A stretch of DNA of 64,000 nt, from positions 105,216,001 through 105,280,000 of the forward strand of contig NC_045697.1 of the NCBI RefSeq assembly GCF_009834535.1, given 5' to 3'. Position 1 is the stretch's first letter, and each line of letters opens with the position of its first letter. Both the position numbers and the translations under genes were made by a program. The DNA is from Camelus ferus. Lineage: Eukaryota. The notes beneath the pieces were generated by a model. The model was not told the origin of the DNA and made no database searches. It was given only the letters and a program-made list of their open reading frames with translations. Shown in pieces: positions 13,583 to 25,358 of this stretch.

Positions 13583-13787
13583 AAGTGTTCTAATATTTAA
13601 TTTAACTTGAAATCAAGACCATTTAGATATTTGCCAGTAGTGGACCCACCTGTTTTCTAGCTATTCACTTATACCTCCTTCCTCACCGTATCTCTGTTGC
13701 TAAGGAAAAGGGAGAATTAGCCCCAAATCTCCCTCCAAGCAGATAGGTCGTGTGCTATGAGCAGTAGGCAGGTTTTTGTCCCTCTTT

Positions 13788-13910
13788 TCATTTACTCAAT
13801 AGCATTACCAAGGACCTAGCATATGCCAGGCATTGTTCTAAGTCCTTGATACATATCAGCTAACAAAATACACTAAAATCCCTGATGTTTGGAAATCACG
13901 TTCTCAGGCT
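13788..13910 (-). mobile_element. LINE-2 3' tail fragment
   Basis: ttcatttactcaatagcattaccaaggacctagcatatgccaggcattgttctaag. Confidence 0.65.
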
Positions 13911-15195
13911 GAGAGGGGGGTGGTGAAGCCAGGCTTGAGGACACATCCCTACTGGAAAGTAAAGGAATATTAATATATGGATTAACTTTGGGAACAATTT
14001 TAAATTATTTTCTCCACTCTTACGAAATTCTCTCAAGCCTGCTTACAACAGCCCTTCCTCAAAGCATGAAAAACCGAAAAGAAAGGTCTAGGTTCAGTTA
14101 ACGCAATGTACCTCCTATCTCTTATAAATGAGATGAGAGTCATGAGATTAAAGAATGTGCTCCCAAGAGTACTGAACCAGGATTTAAATATATACTTTCA
14201 CTGTTTAATCCTGAGTGTGTGTGGGGTGTGTGTGTGTGTGTGTGAAAATGCCCTTGGAATTTGTTCAAGTAAATATGCCAATCTTTTCTTGCTTTCACTG
14301 AGGTGTGGTAGCCCTTCAAATAAAAGGTACTCATACTTTTACAACTGATGTTAATATTGGATTTTTAATTATCTTCCAATGTTGCAGAAAGCTGTACTCA
14401 TGAAAGGCAACTGCTAAATGCACCAAAATAACTTTTATCATTTTCCTGACATTCTTAAAAGCAATTACAGAAGCGTTTCTCTAAAGTTTAAAAAATTAAG
14501 TTAGGCTTTTGCCTTTGGAACAGATCTGAGAAAAGATGAAAAACATTTTTAAAACAAGGCAAATGGCATAGATATCAAAGCATATATGACACTGTTTAGT
14601 GGTCAGAAGCAGTTTCACTGGAGTTTGTGAAAAATATTTTTTTCAGAGTGCCTATAAATAGTGATGAAAGATGGTGAAGTCGAGGAAGGGCGTTCCTACA
14701 GGTTTAACAGCAACAAGGCAAGAAGCAGTGTAGAGGTCACTTAGATCTTTCTTGCTTCAAAAATGTCCTCCTGCCACCACTGCTGCCAGAGGAGAAACAG
14801 AGGGATGGCCACCTGATACCACCACCAGTGAGTGATAGGAGGGATCCTGGCCTTCCTCTTTCTATTTTATTATATGGAAATACCTAAAGGAAGATTTACT
14901 AAATCTGCTGTGTTTCATCTCAGTGCCACGGAACTAGGACTCCCAGATGCCCTAACTTGATTTCAAGGACACTTCATATACGCTCTATCAACACCTGTTT
15001 GCAACTGAAAATTTAAAACCTATATCAATATTCTCTTTTCTAGTGTCTGAAACAGTGTATATACTATGTGTCCTCTTTGGTAGAGAGAAAATATAAGATT
15101 TTCAAATAAAGGGAACATAATACAGATGTGTATACACATATGTATTTATATCTGGGCAAATTCTACATGGTTTAAAGAATATGGTCACTAACACA

Positions 15196-15290
15196 ATTTT
15201 TTTTTTTTTTAGTGGAGGTACTAGGGATTGAACCCAGGACCTCATGCATGCTAAGCAGGTGCTCTACCACTGAGCTATACCCTCCCCTCC
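15196..15290 (-). mobile_element. tRNA-derived SINE (camelid Vic-1-like)
   Basis: Reverse complement ggggagggtatagctcagtggtagagcacctgcttagcatgcatgaggtcctgggttcaatccctagtacctcca plus poly-A, with A and B boxes visible. Confidence 0.9.
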
Positions 15291-18200
15291 ATAATTCCTT
15301 TTAATACAGTAAAATAATGTTTAGGAATCAAGACGGCATCTTGGCCTTTCTTCCCCTCTTAATTTAGTAAAATATATCCAAACTGATTACATCATTTTAA
15401 AGACCCAGAAAAGAAGGAGTTGGCTCTGGGGATTTTGTCCTGGGATCCCAGCAGGGTGGGTCACAAGGACAGGAGGCAACTTTCAGAAGCCAGTGTGGAC
15501 ACCTGAGGAGGGACACAGGGCTGGGACAAGAAAGTCCTGGGGAAGCATGAAGAGAAGAAAGGGAGGCTGACAAGGCGCACCCAGAAAAAGCACGCCTGCC
15601 GGAGCCAGTGGGCACAGAGACGCCCAGAGTGGTGACAAGGAAAGCTTACAAGTAAGGGAGGCCATTGGAAACCAGTCAACAGAATCACAGCCATCTGCAC
15701 AGTGGTCACAGGGTTGAGCTCCAGAGCAGGAGATAAGGTGGCTGGCCTTGACCAGGTCAAGTTCAGGGGCAGAAATATAACAATGTTGGGGCAGATAAAC
15801 TGTGAGGTGCCGAAGTCTGCCTCACCCCGGGAGTTCCCCCAGCTTGTCCTGGCCCGCTGGAGCCCTGCCTGCCCTGGCCGATGGGCGTGTTCAACCCAGA
15901 CCACATCACAGGCAGCAAAAGACAGGTCAGAAGGATCCATAGGCAGTAGAGAAAAACACACCTTTTAAAAAACCAGGTAACCAGAAGCAGCATAAACTTT
16001 CCTAATATGCTAAGTGTTTTAAGGGAACTGCTGTTGAGAACAGATGGTGTTCAATGAGACAAATGGTAAATAATTTATTGGAGTCCTGGAAAGGTGGATA
16101 TACACTCATTTAGTCAGGAAAGTTACCTAAAAATGACATGTATTTCCAAGGAAGAAACAGGAAATAATGGTAGATACCAATTTGAGATAGAAGGGAAAGC
16201 AATTCTCAAGTACGCATCCAAGTTCATTGTTTATCTTCTGGGCAGAGAAGACTATTTACTAATTGAGATAATTATAGCCACACTACATGGAAAGATTATT
16301 ATAAGGGATAAGCGTAAGAAGTTAAAAGTAGGAAAAAGGATTTGTGAGGATAGAAGAATTTTCAATTGTATGTTTGCAGAATAAGAATATAATTTGTTGA
16401 GGTCTAAAATTAAGCTAAAAAGTTCTGTTCAATTTTATTTCCAAAATTAAAAATTATAAAAGCAAATAGGAGTTTATGAGGAATTAAATTTGCTATAAAA
16501 TAAAGCCAACTTTATATTACAAACCATATGAAAAACAAATTAATATTTTATAAATATTAATTATGAAATTTTATAAGAATTTATGTAACTAATAAATTAA
16601 TATTACCATGTGCCATTCATATAACTAATAGGAAGAAAATCTAGACTTTCCAAGGCTCAATGGATATCAAGCAACTCTGAACAAATTTCTAATTCCATTT
16701 ACCCCTCCTGAAATGGGGAAATATATTTCAACACAGGCTTATTTAAATAAACATACTATGTGTGAATAATATAAAATGTGATTGTAATAAATATGGGATA
16801 ATTTGGTTTGTGAAATTTCATAGTAATACTTATTATTCATAAACTTCTTTTCTTAAAACAAGTTTTAAAATCATTCTAAAATACACAGACTACAGTGAAC
16901 TCAATGGAAGATTTCCACCTCACTCAGAACCTTAGAGTCCTTACCATAGACATTTTATGAGAGCCTTAATATGTTTAACCCGAGAACATTTCCTGGTGTG
17001 GGGCAGGGGGAGCACATGCAGGGCGGGGGCACCCCTGGAATGACGCGCTATTTTGTTGATTTCCTATTAACTACTGGAATTCTGCATACAAATTAGCAAT
17101 TGCAGGCTCTGATTAACTTGGATATATTTAACTGTGGGTTTCTGGAGTGTTTTTTAAATACACACGATTCTGTTGTAGTGGGTCTTACGATGTGCCTTCT
17201 ATAGCTCTTGAAGTTGATCCAGAATATAGTAATGAGACTCCAAAGAGAGAAGAGTTTACTCTTATTAGTCATAACTGCATAAAGTTGAAGACCTAGTATA
17301 ACAATTAAACAAATCATGGCATTACAGTAATACAGCAGACCTTATCCAAAATGAGATAAGGGACGAGCAGTTACACAAGGGCATTTGTTTAGCAATTAGA
17401 ACGGGATAAAATAGACAAGTGTGGGCACTCTCCCCTTCCCACAATGAGTCACAGACTATTCCTGAGAAACAAACGTCAATCATCCAGAAGGGAACCACGA
17501 TTTCCTGTTATTTGTTCAAGAGAAACTGGGGTAATACTTCACAGAGGTGTAAGGGAAGGCAACAGCTTTACTATTTTTCTTTTACACTAGGAAATGTTTT
17601 ACTGCTAAGTTATAGCACTAATAACATAACCCAGTGATAAATTTCTCTTATAAGCAGTTTCAAGAATACTGACAGTTGTTTTTTCACTCTCATTAAAATA
17701 ACGACTTACCTTTGTACATTATTTTAAGCAATATTAAGACTGATCAAAATTTACTCTGTGTTTAGTGACTTAATAATACCATTTAATAGATTTGTTTCAC
17801 TGGCTCTTTTAGAAGCAAGCACTCAATTTATAAAAGGAATGAAAATATTCGTAAGTCATATTTTTGTATTACTCTTTAAATATCAAACATTTCAGGGGAA
17901 TTAGATCTAGAGGAGCAAGTTAAAGATTAGTATCACTTTACTTTTTGATAAATAGCACAAAATCCTACAAAGTGGAATGTTTTCATAAATAAAAGCTTAA
18001 ATTTCAGTTCTGAAAGAATTCTAGTTGGTTACTTTGTAATATTAAGCAAGATAATGAATACCCAGAGAGGACATTTAAAGACTATTAAAACTCTATGAAT
18101 CATCACTGTATAGAAAATAGGATGTCCAGGAATTCTCATGGCTATGGGGCAGCCTCACAGGTATATAAAATATCCCATAATTTTCAATATTATAATAAAC

Positions 18201-18814
18201 TATCTGGATCCGTAAGAATTAATCTACATCAAAACTGTAGGTATTCTTTTATTTACACCATAAAGTTCAAGTGAATAACAGGAAATAAAAGCTTTACAAA
18301 TGGTACCCAAATTTAAAATAATCCACGCCCCGGGAAGGGGGCGCCCACTCCCTGCCCCACCCCAGCACGCGTGCCAGAAATCCTGCGAGCTCCGTGGCAG
18401 CAGCTACACTTGTGATCAGCACCCGGAGCCAACGGCAAAGGTCAAGACTTGGGAAGACAGGAAGCAGCTCTACACCTGCGGGACCTGCTTCATAAAAGTC
18501 CACAGCCTCCGTCATGGTATGAATTTCCTTCCTGGGAGCCAAAGTCTATTTCCTAGGAGGAAGTGAAAACAGATTCCTAGCAGCCCAAGATGGAACTGTA
18601 CGCTATGAATAACATTATTTAGTTAAGGAACTATCTTTAAGGACACGCTTCAAAGGACTTACAGAACCAAGGTTTGAGATGCAACTTATTTTGTAAGTTG
18701 AAGACTGCATTCAGATTTGCTAAACGACGTGTAAAATTTTCAGAGGAACCTGGTCTGATTACAACTGAGAATCTGGGAGGACTAAGAATGAACTCATGAC
18801 CATAAATATAACTA

Positions 18815-18839
18815 TATAACTATATATATACACACATAC

Positions 18840-18886
<47 letters not shown>
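18815..18886. repeat. Compound (TA)n/(CA)n microsatellite
   Basis: Seen directly in the sequence. Confidence 0.95.
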
Positions 18887-21039
18887 AAGTTTTGGATAAT
18901 ACCTGGTTCTTCTCCCATACCACATCCCAGATACTACACCATTCAAGAAAGCTCAATTTTTCTTTTGACCTTGTCAGGAAATACATCCCTAAGAAATTTT
19001 ATCCATTGAGAACTACACTGAATTTTTAAACTTAAAATACACATATTCACCCATAGATAACACATGCAGAATACTATATTTCAGACTACTATGTAAAGAG
19101 ATAAAAATATGTATTCTTTAAAATGAAAACTACTCATTTTTTTTTTAACATTTTGGCCTTGAAATAAATCTTGAATTTTCAACCCAAGTATGGGCGAAGG
19201 GAAAAAAAGTCAAGACCGGCTTCTTGGCTTACAAAATAGCTAAATTTTACCCTATTATGCTGGTGGAAAAGTTTCAAAAATCATTAGTAGCAAAACAAAA
19301 GTGATTACATTAGACCAAAACTTGGTGGAGAACAGAACACTAAATGAACACAATATCTAATTCCTTTTCTTATGTTAGTGGAGGTGCTATAACTCGGAAG
19401 ACCATGCATTTTATCCAAGACTTAACGGGAAGAGGAAAGACCACAGCCTAAAAATTCATGACTAACAATTCAAAAATAAAATATGAGCAAGGCCAGGCCC
19501 TAAGCCTTCCAGCTACGAGTATCAATCAGAGGGGTTCAGAGTATTTATAAGAAAGCAATGTACATGTTGACAACTTTATATACACCTATTACCCTTTAGG
19601 ATGTAGGATGAACTAACAATTTAACTTGAATCAAGTCAAGGATTGCCTCCATTCCCTAGCACATTTTATAAAGTAGTAATTTTAGCTTCAAACTGACAAA
19701 AAGATCTTATTCTCACCTTCAAATAATCTGTTTACATCAGGAAAAGTGCATCTTTTAGCAACAGTAGATAAACGTATCCTTTAACAGAATTTCACTGAGC
19801 TCCTATGAGAGAATGAATCTAGTTTTCAATAACTGTTCAAAGAAATTTTAAAGCATAGTGTATCCGCACAATTTTCCCGAAGTGCCCTTTTTGCTAACTC
19901 CTGTAAGAATGACCATGCGCCTCCTTCCCTGGAGAAATGAAAGTGACTTGCCCTACAGGTTTTCAGCTCATAAAGACAGTTACCCGTTCACCTGGAAGGG
20001 TTAACATGGAAAGTTAGGAGCAAGACCAAAAAGAAGGCCAATTATAGTAAAGAAAAACCCAGTGTACTTAGAAATGATAAGAATAGGACAGGGCTTTCTG
20101 GCCCAGTGTATCACGAAACAGAATTAATTGTTTTAGAGCAGATGCATGTGCATGGTATTTTCTCTGGTAAACACGTATTAAGAGAAGGGAAACAGACTCA
20201 TATGCATTAATTCCCCTTTTGTGCTAATTTTTGATTACTGAAATGTGTTTGACAGATGGGGTGAAGGCTAGTTGGGGAAAGCATCGAGCAGAAACAGAAA
20301 CTAAGTCCCAGACCCCCCGGGGTCCTCGGGCCAGAGCTGCAGGCACCTGTGGGAGCCACTTCCTTGAGCACTCCACTCCGCCTCTGGCATCCCTTCGCCT
20401 CCCGCTGGTACTTCATTCTTTCCTGCTCCCCTGCTCTCTAAATTCAAGCTGTCATGGCTTTGACGTTCCCTCTGTTTTTTAATTTTACCCCGTTGTTTAA
20501 TTACAATCCCCAAAGGAGAGGAGACCATGATGCTGGTTAGTTAACCCCATTGGGGAAAAGGGTGGGTGAAAGATGAGAGAAAGCATTTTTAGTTTTCTTC
20601 TATAAAACTAGTGGCCCTGGTTATATGAAAGTGCAGGGATAATTGCTGAACTACAGTTAACTACATTTCATTGAAACAAAAGTTCCAATTAATTCAAGCA
20701 CAGCTGAGTACATTCTATGATTCTATAAATTATGATTCTATGTTCTTTCCTAATATAAAAATGGAACACTTTTTGTACATTTACATACTTTCAGTCATTA
20801 ATGAATGTTTTTATTTACATTTTCTCCTTCATGATTAAAAAAATTCAACTGCAAAACATTCAAATCCTTATGTACTTTTAAGCTTCAAAAATCAATGTTT
20901 TTGCAGATATTTCCTATACTTTGTGCTTTCTCAATTTAAGTTCCAGCTATGCCCTAGACTCCACTGCCTTGTGCCTTATGAAGAGACCTGGTTCAGTGTC
21001 TACGCCCTGAATTTTCATCTTCGGTGCTCTTTGTACTGC

Positions 21040-21300
21040 TCAATTCAGTCTAACAAATACTCAGCAAGAATCTCTGCTGTGCAGGGCATCGTGCTACATG
21101 TTTTGGGAGATGGGAAGATGATTCCCATCCTTTCAGGGAACTAATAGAGAAGCCCAAATGTATGTAAAGATGATCATATGTAATATTTATTCGTGTTATA
21201 ACATTTATAGAAATGGTGTCATAGAAACAAAACAGAACAAGATTAGTTCATTTTAGAGGCAGTAGAGTAATAACCTGAGGTGGGCCTGGAAGTACAGGTA
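21040..21300 (-). mobile_element. LINE-2 tail fragment
   Basis: attcagtctaacaaatactcagcaagaatctctgctgtgcagggcatcgtgcta. Confidence 0.55.
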
Positions 21301-21781
21301 AGATTTTAACACGTATACATTTTCCTTAACTTCTCTGAGTATCTCTCTTCGATTATTTGTTTACTACATGGTCGGCTCAGACAACAATTAAAAATAGAAC
21401 CACTTTATATAACAGGAATGTTAGGAGAAAAAGTGTTCACGATAAATACTGCAGGCAAGCCTAATATATATTACAGTATAAAAGTATGTGCAGTCGGGAT
21501 AAAAGTAGAAAAGTCAAATAGGCTATCCCTTCAACAAACATGCACTGAGCAGGTTCACAGAATACAGAGAGGATGGTGACAAAGTTCCTGCTGGGAAGGA
21601 GCAAGGAAACAAAGCAGAAAGCCCCAAATTAAACAGTGTGTACGTGCGTGTGCATACACAGTGGGTGTACATAACCGAAGGAACAGAAATACCAGGAAAT
21701 TGCCCGAAACTCATTTGGCAAAAATAATCTAAAGAGTTCCAAGAGTGGTGATGAGAGAAGGAAAATAAAAGTCAAGGAAAG

Positions 21782-22096
21782 GATACAAACGAACGTCCTT
21801 ACAAAACAGAAACAGACACATAGACACAGAAAACAAACTTATGGTTACCAGGCACGGAGAAGGGGGTGGGAAGAGATAAATTGGGAGTTAAAGAGATCTG
21901 CAGATACTAACTATTACATATAAAGCAGATAAAAAAATTTATACTATATAGCATAGAAAACTATATTCATTATCTTGTAGTGACCTATAATGAAAAAGAA
22001 TATGAAAAGGAATATATTTACGCACATGTATGATTAAAACATTATGCTGTACACCAGACATTTATACAACATTATAAACTGTACCTCAATAAGAAA
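21782..22096 (+). mobile_element. L1 3' end with TSD
   Basis: acaaaacagaaacagacacatagac...caataagaaaa, flanked by aaaagtcaaggaaag (21767-21781) and aatagtcaaggaaag (22097-22111). Confidence 0.92.
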
Positions 22097-23989
22097 AATA
22101 GTCAAGGAAAGACTGGGGTAGGTGAAAAGACCGAACAGCAAGGCAGGAACACAAGATGGGCATGAGTGAAAGATGACAGTAACAGAAGAGTGGAATTTAC
22201 AATGAGGAGAGAAGCCAAGAGGATGGTCTGGAAGGCTGAGGGCTGCAGGACTCTGTAGGGAATGTAAGGAACAGAAAACAACTAAGAAAGTGTGAGATGA
22301 TGTTAGAAGGGCAAGGAAGGAAACAGAGCTGAGAAAAAAAAAATCACACCTAGCAAACTCTAAGAAAAAAATTATTTAAATACTCTGTGTGCTGCAAGTG
22401 CAAACACACAGCGCGTGAAAGAAGGAAACAATCAGAATAACTGGATCACCTTAAAGAGAAGAGCATGTGAAGGAAGATGATAACTGAAGGAAAAGTAAAT
22501 AAAATTTAAAATGACCTTACTTAAGAATATGCCAGTTTTAGTGAGCCAGTTCAGGTAAGCCAGTTCTAGTCATTACACATAACTGAAAGGATCACAAGAA
22601 TGTAAGTACCACCAGTCAGTCTTATTTCTACAGAAAGGACATTACAAAATTGATGAGCTTTTTCAAAAGAACACTAAACTTTTCAATAAATGATGCCAGG
22701 TTTATAACACTTAGGATCAATAAATAGTGTTTCCTTTGTGCCAAGGAATATTTTTGTTAAGAATCCATCAATAAGGGAAACACAAGGGTGACTGTGACCC
22801 CAAGAACTCTCTGTGTTCTTCCCCCATCATGAGTTCTACTGACAACTGTTATATTTTAGGATTTCTCAAAGAACTATCAAGAAATTTCAGAAGTATTAAC
22901 AATCTCAAGCTCAGATGATCATTGTTTTTCAGCTGAACAGCTTATCTAGCCAGACATTCAGTTCCTTATCTGGCTCTTTTTGCAATGCAACTGGCAGAAG
23001 GCACTTAAAATTTCTCTCCACTTACAGAGCATAGAAGAAAAGTGCTAAAAAATTATGCACTCTATGACAATAAAAACAGCAACTTGTAATTCAGATCTTG
23101 GTTAATTCATAACTGCTGCTTGGGCAACAAATAACTTAGTTCATTAATTCATATTTGATTACATCAGTTGCTGGTAAATCATTATTCGATTTTCAACAGT
23201 AGGAACAGAAATTCAAAAGCACATGAACCCCTTCCTGTCACATACAAGACAACTGAGGGTGAGGACGGTTACCGAGTCCATCTCTACCCACATGAGCGAT
23301 GACTACTTCCAAGGTGTTCCCATACCAATACATTCACGTTAGGAAGTATTTTTATTGATCTTCTATCACATGAGAGACAACGACAGAAGAAAGGATGGGA
23401 CAATGTCAGAGGGAAGGGACAGGGCACTGAGGAGGGTTCAGTGTGGACGCACCTCTGCTGACACTTAGTCGTCCGGGTTCTTCCCTGCATATACACGTCC
23501 ATGAGCCTGATGACACCACGAGAGGACAGCCTGACTTTCCAGTCTTTGGGTCCCCAGCAAAAGGCTGACATCAACGCATGTTTGCTGACATAAAAGCATG
23601 AATAAGTGAAGCAAAGGATGCTGAACACGTCTTCATAGCTAGGTCGTGGCAGAATCAAGTCCAGTACTGCCCAGAGACCTTTACTTTTCCCTACAAGAGT
23701 GATAGGTGTGTTCCTTTTCATAACAATCAGGTAAGTGAATAAGTACTTTCAGGTTATTGCCTCTAAGGGCTCCTGCTAGTCCATCTTGCTGTCAAGCATC
23801 TTCCTGTTCCTGCCTTCTGACCAGCAAGGAAGGTGAACAGATTCACGACTGTCTACCTTGTGAGCCCAGCCTTATTTGATGCTGCGCTCCAGTGAGCGCC
23901 TTCTGCCATCAGATGGCACACTGGCTCACAGTAGCGGAATCCCAGGCCACTGTCCAAACCTCCTGACCTTCAAGGGGAGGAGGAAGGAA

Positions 23990-24220
23990 ATGAACACGTG
24001 CTGAACGTAAACGCGCTGAGGGGCTAGAGTCTTTCCGTGCATTCTTCTATTTAACTCTACAGACAAGTCTGCTTGCTACAGACAACTGTTCTCATTTTAT
24101 AGATGAAAAACTCAAGCCCAGAAAACGCGAAATGTAACTACCCTGTGGTTACACAGCGGGTACCTAGGAGAGGCAGACTTGAACCCTGGCTAGGAGGATT
24201 TGAAAGCCAGTGCTCTCTTG
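23990..24220 (-). mobile_element. MIR
   Basis: Core ctcattttatagatgaaaaactcaagcccagaaa...gacttgaaccctggc...tttgaaagccagtgctct. Confidence 0.85.
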
Positions 24221-25305
24221 ACATCTCTCTGGATCGTACAACATCAAGCTCATTCCCAGGAGAGCCCGGATCTCCCGATGTGAGCTGCAGCAGCTCTGGG
24301 AGTCCCACTCCAGCACTGTCATGCGTTTATTTCAGTGCAAAAAAGTGACTGAGGATACTAGACGAGACCAGGGCCCAGGATGTTTTCTGCTCCAAGAAGG
24401 AAGGGCTTTCTAAACTGTAACTTGGATCATGAAGAAAAACCCACCCTCCCTGAAGGATGAGGCTGAAGTTGTGCAGATTCTAGTGATGCCAATGAGAGAA
24501 GCAACAAGCCTGGTCTAGAGAGAAGGCAGGACAGGAAGTACACTTCATCTTCTGAAATTAAAAACTCCCTCCGTGGCCACATCCTGCAGCTGCTTTGCCG
24601 TGCCCCACGTGGGGAGACAGGACAGGGTATCAGTCACATATAAACCTCAGTCACAGTCAAACGCAGCGCATTACAAGGAGCCTGATGCTTCCTCATACAC
24701 TTTCTCTCCCTCTATTTCACACATACAGCGTGCTCTAAAACACGTATATCTTTCACGGAATTTATTCTAGAGGAACACATTAACATGCTAGTTGTATTCA
24801 AAGAATGATTTTACCACACTTGTTTAAAATGATTAAAAATAAATTTTATACATCATTTGTTTTATAATTAACATATGACTAGGAATGCTGGGAAGCAATG
24901 GGTCAAACAGGGAGAATGGGAAAATTTTTGCTTTATCTAAAGTGACACTGCAGGGCAAGCCTGGGTGTGTGGCCCAAATAATTCTGCCATTTAAATTTCT
25001 GCTGGGAGTCCAAACTCTATGAAAAGACCACAAGAAGCAGGAATACAGTTTTCCTGGCTATGCTCAACTGTTAAGATAGTGTAACATTATAAAGACAGTT
25101 GATAATAGTCACGGAGCAAACCAGGAATCACTTTAAAAAAACTCAACTACTGTGAATGGCTTTTAAGTCTGTCTGTCTTCTTGAGTACCTCCATTCGACT
25201 GCTCACAGGTGTACAGGCCAGTAACAATCCGGTTGTACAAAGCTGAAGAAAACAATCTGACTATATGAATCAACTGTTTAGGTTCTACAGGAATAAAAAT
25301 TCTCT

Positions 25306-25358
25306 TTCATACAACATTGTAAAATGACTACAACTCAATAAAAAATGTTGAAAAAAAA
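25306..25358 (+). mobile_element. Extremely 5'-truncated (53 bp) L1 tail with perfect 17-bp TSD
   Basis: acaacattgtaaaatgactacaactcaataaaaaatgttgaaaaaaa lies between two identical aggaataaaaattctct (25289-25305 and 25359-25375). Confidence 0.9.

Noticed and set aside
15196..15290. Possible tRNA-Ala gene (also 33774-33854 and 43475-43670)
   Set aside because: Poly-A tails, TSDs (clear for the two later loci) and a poor acceptor stem identify these as tRNA-derived SINEs.
15397..15993. GC-richer block with five overlapping ORFs (longest 166 aa)
   Set aside because: No recognisable homology or convincing splice boundaries. ORF overlap is expected from the local composition.
16037..16055. AGAACA-gatgg-TGTTCA as an MR/GR autoregulatory element
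   Set aside because: The spacer is 5 nt rather than the required 3. I did not find a canonical GRE/MRE by eye, but a PWM scan was not possible.
17703..17716. Consensus minus-strand donor AAG|gtaagt
   Set aside because: No convincing partner acceptor nearby, and isolated consensus donors are expected by chance.
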